Assembly (NCBI GenBank): GCA_031362155.1
Contig: JANLRZ010000056.1
Location: forward strand, 39,735-103,734
Source: Acidimicrobiia bacterium
Lineage (GTDB): Bacteria; Actinomycetota; Acidimicrobiia; IMCC26256; JAENVU01
Direction of reading: 5' to 3'
Length of the DNA stretch: 64,000 bases
The notes under the pieces were generated by a model, which saw only the letters and a program-made list of their open reading frames with translations, did not search any database and was not told the DNA's origin. Within the stretch, counting starts at the first letter, position 1; each line of letters begins with the position of its first letter. Positions 57,754-64,000 of this stretch are shown here, piece after piece. The position numbers were made by a program, and so were the translations under genes.

Positions 57754-60144
57754 TCAGTGCTCGACGATCCCCGTCGCGCGGATGTCGCGTGACGATCGGC
57801 CAATTCTGATCTCGAACGGCCCGGGCATGAGTTGCCATCCGTCGGCCCATTCGCTGAAGCACCGGTCGTCGAGTTCGAACTCGACGGTCACCGTCGTCCC
57901 GGGCTCGATCGTGACTTTGACGAATCGGCGCAGCTCCTGGTCGGGCCGGGTGGCCGGCGCGCGATTGGCGTGGACGTAGAGCTGGACGACCTCGGACCCG
58001 ACTCGGGTGCCGGTGTTGGTGACGTCCACACAGACCGTGCGCCCGTCGACGGCGGTGGGCCCGTACTCGAAGGTCGCGTACGACAGGCCGTGTCCGAAGC
58101 AGAATCGCGGCTCGATGCCCGACCGGTCGTAGCCCCGGTATCCCATGAGCAGGCCGTCGTCGTAGCGGACGTGACCGTCGGTGCCGGGGTAGGTCGGGTG
58201 GGATGGCGCGTCCTCGATCCGCACGGGGAAGGTGGTGGGGAGACGACCGCCCGGATCGCGGGCGCCGAGCAGTACGTCGGCCAGCGCGTTGCCCCATTCC
58301 TCGCCGGGGAGCCAACACTGCATCAGCGCGGCGGGCTCGTCGGCCCAGTCCATCGCCACCGGAGACCCGGCATTCACACAGACGATGGTCCGCGGGTTGG
58401 CGGCCACCACCGCGCGGACCATGGCGTCCTGGTCGCCCGGGAGATTCATGTCGGGCCGGTCCTTGCCTTCGGTGTCCAGGGTCGGGCCGGTACCGACCAC
58501 CACGATGGCCACATCGGCGGCGGCCGCGGCGGCGACGGCGTCGGCCAGGGCGGTGGCTGGGGTCGGCGCGGCCGCGCCGAGTTCGAAGCCGCTCACCATG
58601 GCGGGGGAGCCGCCCGAGAACTCGATCTCGATCGGGTACGCCTGGTCGGCCGTCAACGGACGGGTCGCCCGGAGCTCCCTGCTTCCGAATCCGAAGAACG
58701 CCACGCCGGGCTCGCGATCGGTCCACGCATCGATCAGCGTCTCGCCGTCGAGGGTGACCCGACACGCTGCGGTACTACTCAACCCGAAGGTCCAGTCGCC
58801 GGACTCTCGCACGCGCACGGTGCCGGTGAGGCGGGCCGAGAACTCACGAGGGTTGACGGCCTCGTGGAACTCGCCCAGCCACATCGCCCGACCCGTGCGC
58901 AGGGTGGTCTCGTGCGCGGGTGACCCGGTCAGGTTCGCTCCTGGGTAGACCGCCATCGCCAAGCGACCGTCGAGGACCGACTCGTCCATCACCGGGATCG
59001 TGTCGGTGGCCGAGGGCCCGCGGGTGAAGGTCAACGCCGTGTCGGCGCCGAGCGCGGTGGTGAGACCCGCGCGTGGAGTGACCGGCGGATGCGGGTCGAG
59101 CGCCGCGCTCCCGCCGCCCATGATCCACGCCGTGTCGGCGGCGGTGCCGATCAATGCCACGGAACCGAGGGTGCTCGCGTCCAGCGGCAAGACACCGTCG
59201 TTCCGCAGGAGGACAAAGCTGGCGGCGGCGGCGTCGCGAATCAGCGCCCGGTGGCGAGGGTCGTCGTGGGAACTCGGCTCATGGTTACCTTCGCCCGCGC
59301 TCGCGCCCGTACGGTCGGCCAGCGTGCGGAGGCGTTCGATCTTGTCGGCAACGACCGACTCGGACACCGATCCGTTCGTGACCGCGTCGACCAGCGCCTT
59401 CCCGAACCATTGCGGGGGACCGGGCATCTCGAGGTCGAGACCGGCGTTGGCCGCGGGTGCGGTGCTGTGGGTGCCGAACCAATCGGAGATGACGAACCCG
59501 TCGAAGCCCCACTCATCTCGGAGGACGGTCGTGAGCAGCCACTCGTGTTCGCTGCAGTAGGTACCGTTCACTCGGTTGTAGGCGCTCATGATTCCCCAAA
59601 CGCCGGCCTCGGTGACCGCGGCCTCGAAGGGCACGAGGTAGAGCTCGCGCAGCACGGCCTCGTCGACGTCGGAACTGATCGTCATGCGCTCGAACTTGGA
59701 GTCGTTGGCGACGAAGTGTTTGACGGTGGTGCCCACGCCGACCGATTGCACGCCCCGCACGAAGCCGACGGCGAGCCGCGCCGTGAGGTACGGGTCTTCG
59801 GAGTAGCACTCGAAGTTGCGGCCGGCGAGCGGGTGGCGGTGCAGGTTGACCGTCGGCGCGAGGAGTACGTGCGCGCCTTTCGTGCGGGACTCCTCGCCGA
59901 TCGCGACCCCCACCGCTTCGACCAGGTCCGGATCCCACGTGGCGCCGAGCGCGGTCCCACACGGAAAGCACGCACTCGGGATGCCGGTGAAGCTCGGACC
60001 TCGCGCCCCGTTGGGCCCATCGGTCACCCGCAGCGGTGCGAGCCCGTGCTCGGGGATCCCCGGGCTGTTCCACAGGTCGATGCCGGCGACGGCCGCGGCC
60101 ATCTGCTCGATGCTCGGGCGTGACGATCCGTCAGTCATCGCCAC
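57754..60144 (-). CDS. GH3 beta-glucosidase with PA14 insert and Fn3-like domain
   Basis: TDGPNGARG, GRNFECYSEDP, KHFVAN, SDW, FGHGLSY. Confidence 0.93.
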   Translation of the reverse strand: MAMTDGSSRPSIEQMAAAVAGIDLWNSPGIPEHGLAPLRVTDGPNGARGPSFTGIPSACFPCGTALGATWDPDLVEAVGVAIGEESRTKGAHVLLAPTVNLHRHPLAGRNFECYSEDPYLTARLAVGFVRGVQSVGVGTTVKHFVANDSKFERMTISSDVDEAVLRELYLVPFEAAVTEAGVWGIMSAYNRVNGTYCSEHEWLLTTVLRDEWGFDGFVISDWFGTHSTAPAANAGLDLEMPGPPQWFGKALVDAVTNGSVSESVVADKIERLRTLADRTGASAGEGNHEPSSHDDPRHRALIRDAAAASFVLLRNDGVLPLDASTLGSVALIGTAADTAWIMGGGSAALDPHPPVTPRAGLTTALGADTALTFTRGPSATDTIPVMDESVLDGRLAMAVYPGANLTGSPAHETTLRTGRAMWLGEFHEAVNPREFSARLTGTVRVRESGDWTFGLSSTAACRVTLDGETLIDAWTDREPGVAFFGFGSRELRATRPLTADQAYPIEIEFSGGSPAMVSGFELGAAAPTPATALADAVAAAAAADVAIVVVGTGPTLDTEGKDRPDMNLPGDQDAMVRAVVAANPRTIVCVNAGSPVAMDWADEPAALMQCWLPGEEWGNALADVLLGARDPGGRLPTTFPVRIEDAPSHPTYPGTDGHVRYDDGLLMGYRGYDRSGIEPRFCFGHGLSYATFEYGPTAVDGRTVCVDVTNTGTRVGSEVVQLYVHANRAPATRPDQELRRFVKVTIEPGTTVTVEFELDDRCFSEWADGWQLMPGPFEIRIGRSSRDIRATGIVEH

Positions 60145-60150
60145 TGTCTA

Positions 60151-60240
60151 CCCGAGGCGGAGCTTGCGGAGCCGAGCAGCTCGGGAGCGAGCGGCGCGTA
60201 CCTGCACAGACGGAGTGCGAGCGGACGAGCCGATATGTCG
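60151..60240 (-). repeat. REP-like intergenic repeat, family A copy 3
   Basis: rc begins cgacatatcggctcgtcc and ends ctcccgagctgctcggctccgcaagctccgcctcggg. Confidence 0.75.
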
Positions 60241-60242
60241 GG

Positions 60243-62048
60243 TTAACCGAGGCGGGACTCGAGGGCTTCGAGTTCCTCGACCAGCGCCGCCGGCAAGTGG
60301 CTTCCGAACGACTCGAAGTGGCCGCGAGTGCTCGCGCACTCTTGCTTCCACTGTTCCGGGTCGACGACGAGCGCGGCGGCAACGTCATCCGCCGAGATGT
60401 CGAGCCCGGTGAGGTCGAGGTCGGCCGGGGTGGGCACGACGCCGATCGGCGTGTCCTCACCGTTGGCACTGCCTTCGAGGCGACCGACGATCCAGGCGAG
60501 CACCCGGGAGTTCTCGCCGTAGCCCGGCCAGATGAACTTCCCGTCGGCGTCCTTGCGGAACCAGTTGACGCCGTAGATGCGGGGCAGGTTCGCCTCGTCG
60601 GTGTGGTCGGTCATCGAGAGCCAGTGCGCGAAGTAGTCGCCCATGTGGTACCCGCAGAACGGCAGCATCGCGAACGGGTCGTGACGAAGATCGCCCAGGC
60701 CCCCGAACGCGGCCGCGGTCTTCTCCGAACCCATCGTGGCGCCGACGAACACACCGTGGCGCCAGTCGCGTGACTCGTAGACAAGCGGGACGGTCGTGGC
60801 CCGCCGACCACCGAAGAGGACGGCCGAGATCGGCACACCCTTGGGGTCTTGCCACTCGTCGGCCACAACCGGGCACTGCGATGCGGGTGCACAGAACCGA
60901 GAGTTGGGGTGGGCCGCCGGGGTCTCGGACTCGGGTGTCCAGTCCTGGCGCTTCCAGTCGGTCAGGTGGGCGGGCGGTTCACCGTCCATCCCCTCCCACC
61001 AGACGTCGTGATCGTCGGTGAGGGCCACGTTGGTGAACACCGTGTTGCTGCCCAACGTGAGCATGGCGTTGGGGTTCGTCTCCATGTTGGTGCCGGGCGC
61101 GACGCCGAAGAACCCGAACTCGGGGTTGATCGCGTGCAGGCGGCCGTCGGGACCGAACTTCATCCAGGCGATGTCGTCGCCGACGGTCTCGGCCTTCCAG
61201 CCCGGGATCGACGGGATCAGCATCGCGAGGTTCGTCTTGCCACACGCCGACGGGAACGCGGCGGCGACGTACTTGACCGTGCCGGAGGGGGAGGTGAGCT
61301 TCAGGATGAGCATGTGCTCGGCGAGCCAGCCTTCGTCTCGGGCGATGACCGAGGCGATGCGCAGCGCGAAGCACTTCTTGCCGAGCAGCGCATTGCCGCC
61401 GTAGCCCGATCCGTACGACCAGATCTCCCGCGTCTCGGGAAAGTGGACGATCCACTTTTCCTCCGCGTTGCACGGCCACGCGACGTCGGCCTCGCCGGCT
61501 GTGAGGGGCGCGCCGAGCGAGTGGACACAGGGCACGAAATCGCCATCGTCGCCGAGCACGTCGAGCGCGGCCTGACCGGCCCGGGTCATGGTGCGCATGC
61601 TCACGGCCACGTAGGGCGAGTCGGTGATCTCGACGCCGATGTAGGACAGCGGGGAGCCGAGCGGCCCCATGCTGAACGGGACGACGTACATCGTGCGGCC
61701 CGCCATGGCGCCCCGGAACAGGCCGTCCAGGATGGCGCGCATCTCGGCGGGATCCTTCCAGTTGTTGGTCGGGCCGGCGCCGTCCTCGGTTGTGGAACAG
61801 ATGTAGGTGCGGTCCTCGACGCGCGCAACGTCGGACGGGTCCGTCGCGGCCCAGTACGAGTTCGGCCGTTTGGCGGGGTCGAGGGGCACGAAGGTGCCGG
61901 CGGCGACGAGGCCCTGGCACAACGCGTCGGCCTCGGCATCGGAACCGTCGAACCAATGGATGGCGTCGGGCTGGAGCAGCTCCGCCATCTCGTCCACCCA
62001 CGCCAGGAGGCGCTTGTGTTTGGTTGGCGCGTTCACGACGATCGACAC
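60243..62048 (-). CDS. pckG: Phosphoenolpyruvate carboxykinase (GTP)
   Basis: [42 protein letters not shown]; SD AAGGAG before GTG 62048. Confidence 0.96.
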   Translation of the reverse strand: MSIVVNAPTKHKRLLAWVDEMAELLQPDAIHWFDGSDAEADALCQGLVAAGTFVPLDPAKRPNSYWAATDPSDVARVEDRTYICSTTEDGAGPTNNWKDPAEMRAILDGLFRGAMAGRTMYVVPFSMGPLGSPLSYIGVEITDSPYVAVSMRTMTRAGQAALDVLGDDGDFVPCVHSLGAPLTAGEADVAWPCNAEEKWIVHFPETREIWSYGSGYGGNALLGKKCFALRIASVIARDEGWLAEHMLILKLTSPSGTVKYVAAAFPSACGKTNLAMLIPSIPGWKAETVGDDIAWMKFGPDGRLHAINPEFGFFGVAPGTNMETNPNAMLTLGSNTVFTNVALTDDHDVWWEGMDGEPPAHLTDWKRQDWTPESETPAAHPNSRFCAPASQCPVVADEWQDPKGVPISAVLFGGRRATTVPLVYESRDWRHGVFVGATMGSEKTAAAFGGLGDLRHDPFAMLPFCGYHMGDYFAHWLSMTDHTDEANLPRIYGVNWFRKDADGKFIWPGYGENSRVLAWIVGRLEGSANGEDTPIGVVPTPADLDLTGLDISADDVAAALVVDPEQWKQECASTRGHFESFGSHLPAALVEELEALESRLG

Positions 62049-62131
62049 GATTCGCTCCTTCTTCCCCCACGACTCCGCGAGAAGGGTGGGAAAAGTGTAC
62101 TGACGGGCAGGAGCGGCCCCTCCAATCGGCG

Positions 62132-63343
62132 TCACGGCCCGACGGAGAGCACCTTCGACGGTGGCCGGGTTCGGTCACCTTGGCCGGGCGGATCCGGGTC
62201 GTGTGTGTCATCGGGGCCTCGGGTCGAGGCGAGGATGAGCCATACCAAGGTGATCGCTCGTACGGCGACGAACGCCGGGAGCGCGCTGCGAACGGTCCCG
62301 ATGTCCCAGAGCCCGTGGAATCGACCGTACACGAGGGTGAAGACGCCGAGGTCCGCGGCACAGAACGTCCACCAAAGGCGAGGGGTTAACGGGAGGAGCA
62401 CGAAGAACGGCACGATCCAGAGGTCGTAGTTCGGCGAATAGACCTTGTTCGTCAAGAGGAACGCCGCGGTGACGGCCGCGCCGACTGCGATCGGATCCAA
62501 GCGGCGGCGCACGGCGAGCAGGGTGATGATCGTCAGCGCCGCAACCAGTGCTCCGGCGGCGAGCAGGTTCGCGGCGCGGGCCAAGTCGGGAAGCGCAAGC
62601 CCATGGAGACCCGGGGCTCGCAGGACCCAGATCACGATGCTGCCCCAGGTGGCGTGCCGGTGGCCTTGGAAGGTTGCGGGATACCACCACCCCGACTGAC
62701 TGGCAAGCGCGACCGGCGCGTTGAGGGCGACGGTCACGCCGGCTGCCCACGCGCCGAGGCGGTATGCGCCGCGCCGATCGCCGGAACACCACCGCATCAC
62801 GATCAGTGGGGGGAGGAACAGTCCCGGAAAGACCTTGGCCGAGGCCGCGAACGCAAGTGACGATCCGGCGACGCGGTCCTGGCCCCGGGTGTACGCGAAG
62901 AGCCCGACGATCGCAGGCACCATCGCCACGAGATCCCAGTTGTGAAAGGCGTACAGGACGAGTGGTGCGCCGGCGATCCAACGCCAGAGGCGGTGACTGC
63001 CCCGCACGCGCAGCAGGCAAGTCATCGCGATCGTCAGACCGATGTTGAGGAATCCGTTGACGACGAAGAACCTGGTCGCGGTACCCGCAACGACGGACGT
63101 CACGTACCCGACGTACCCGATCACGACCGGATATTCGACGGCGCGGTCGACGTAGGGGAGCGCGCCGGGTGTGAGCTTCCATGCGAAGAACCGTCCGGGC
63201 ATGTCGCTGAGCGCAGTGTGCCCACCGTTGCGGTAGACGAGGAGCTGGAGCACGACGGCGGCGCCGAGGGTCCCCAACGTCCAGATCACCGAACGGCGGA
63301 GTGGGATCGGCGGCGGACCCTTGGCCGCGGCGGTACTTTCCAC
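62132..63343 (-). CDS. GT87/GT-C family membrane glycosyltransferase
   Basis: SD, PY...[21 protein letters not shown]; polytopic. Confidence 0.85.
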   Translation of the reverse strand: MESTAAAKGPPPIPLRRSVIWTLGTLGAAVVLQLLVYRNGGHTALSDMPGRFFAWKLTPGALPYVDRAVEYPVVIGYVGYVTSVVAGTATRFFVVNGFLNIGLTIAMTCLLRVRGSHRLWRWIAGAPLVLYAFHNWDLVAMVPAIVGLFAYTRGQDRVAGSSLAFAASAKVFPGLFLPPLIVMRWCSGDRRGAYRLGAWAAGVTVALNAPVALASQSGWWYPATFQGHRHATWGSIVIWVLRAPGLHGLALPDLARAANLLAAGALVAALTIITLLAVRRRLDPIAVGAAVTAAFLLTNKVYSPNYDLWIVPFFVLLPLTPRLWWTFCAADLGVFTLVYGRFHGLWDIGTVRSALPAFVAVRAITLVWLILASTRGPDDTHDPDPPGQGDRTRPPSKVLSVGP

Positions 63344-63456
63344 AAACCGATCATGGGGGTCTGAACGTGTCAGGAGCGTGTGACCCCGCTGCCCCCCGAC
63401 CTCGGGAGGTTCAGCTGTCCGTTTTCAACAGCGCTGCCAGGTGTCGTGACCCGCGG

Positions 63457-64000
63457 TCACGGCCCGATGGTGAGCACATTCGACGGCGGCCCGGTCCCGA
63501 TCACATTGGCCGCGCTGATCCGGAATCCACAGCTGATGCCGACCGGGCAGGTGGGAGGGGTGAACTGCACACTGCCGACGGACATCCAGCTCAGCCCGCC
63601 GTCGATGGTCCGTTCGCCGAGGTAGTCGAAGATGGGTGCCCCGCCGTCGTCGGTGGGGGCGGTCCAGCCGAGTCCGACGAGGGTGCCGATGCGGCGGATC
63701 GAGACGAGCGTCGGCGCGCCCGGGCGGCCCCAGGTACTTGCGCTCGCGTCGGTGGCCGGTCCGAGGCCGGCGGCGTTACGCGGCTGGACTCGGATCCAAC
63801 AGACGCTCCGCTCGCCCGGACACAGCACGCTTGCGGTACGCACCGTCGTCAACGCAACGAAGGTGAAGTTCGTGCCGTCGGTGCTGCGCGAGATCCGGTA
63901 GTCGATCACCGGGAAGTCGCCCGGGTCGGTCGGCACCGACCAGACACCGGTCACGACCTGGTTGCCACCGCTTCCGACGAGGTCGACCGCGCTCGGCGCG
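63457..64000 (-). CDS. Fibronectin type III repeat protein, 3' part only
   Basis: Two Fn3 units: W..P.D.G..P..DY..RV.PRNAAGLG and WTAPTDDGGAPIFDY..FRISAANVIGTGPPSN. Confidence 0.85.
   Translation of the reverse strand, partial: APSAVDLVGSGGNQVVTGVWSVPTDPGDFPVIDYRISRSTDGTNFTFVALTTVRTASVLCPGERSVCWIRVQPRNAAGLGPATDASASTWGRPGAPTLVSIRRIGTLVGLGWTAPTDDGGAPIFDYLGERTIDGGLSWMSVGSVQFTPPTCPVGISCGFRISAANVIGTGPPSNVLTIGP

Overview
High-GC bacterial DNA, most likely an actinobacterium of the Acidimicrobiia type. That call is an inference from the F420-dependent LLM oxidoreductases, UvrD2, MhuD, PAC2, GTP-type PEPCK, WS/DGAT and a GT87 glycosyltransferase. About 60 densely packed CDSs are visible, mostly lipid/acyl-CoA metabolism, redox, DNA repair, sugar metabolism and envelope genes. 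I see no rRNA, tRNA, CRISPR array or transposase. The best candidate for an undescribed system is a three-gene module at 43464-47046. A divergent pyruvoyl-type AdoMet-decarboxylase homologue is translationally coupled to a LuxI/FeeM-like GNAT N-acyltransferase, and the pair converges, with overlapping stop codons, on a multi-TM GGDEF-EAL protein. This looks like a small-molecule signal synthase plus a c-di-GMP receptor, but that function is inference. Other observations: pervasive leaderless-type TANNNT promoters, two families of REP-like intergenic repeats, a vapBC locus with its operator, a DUF4331+TPR pair, a ferric-reductase-like operon with two Pro-rich proteins, and two broken genes. All product calls come from motif recognition by eye; no database searches were run.
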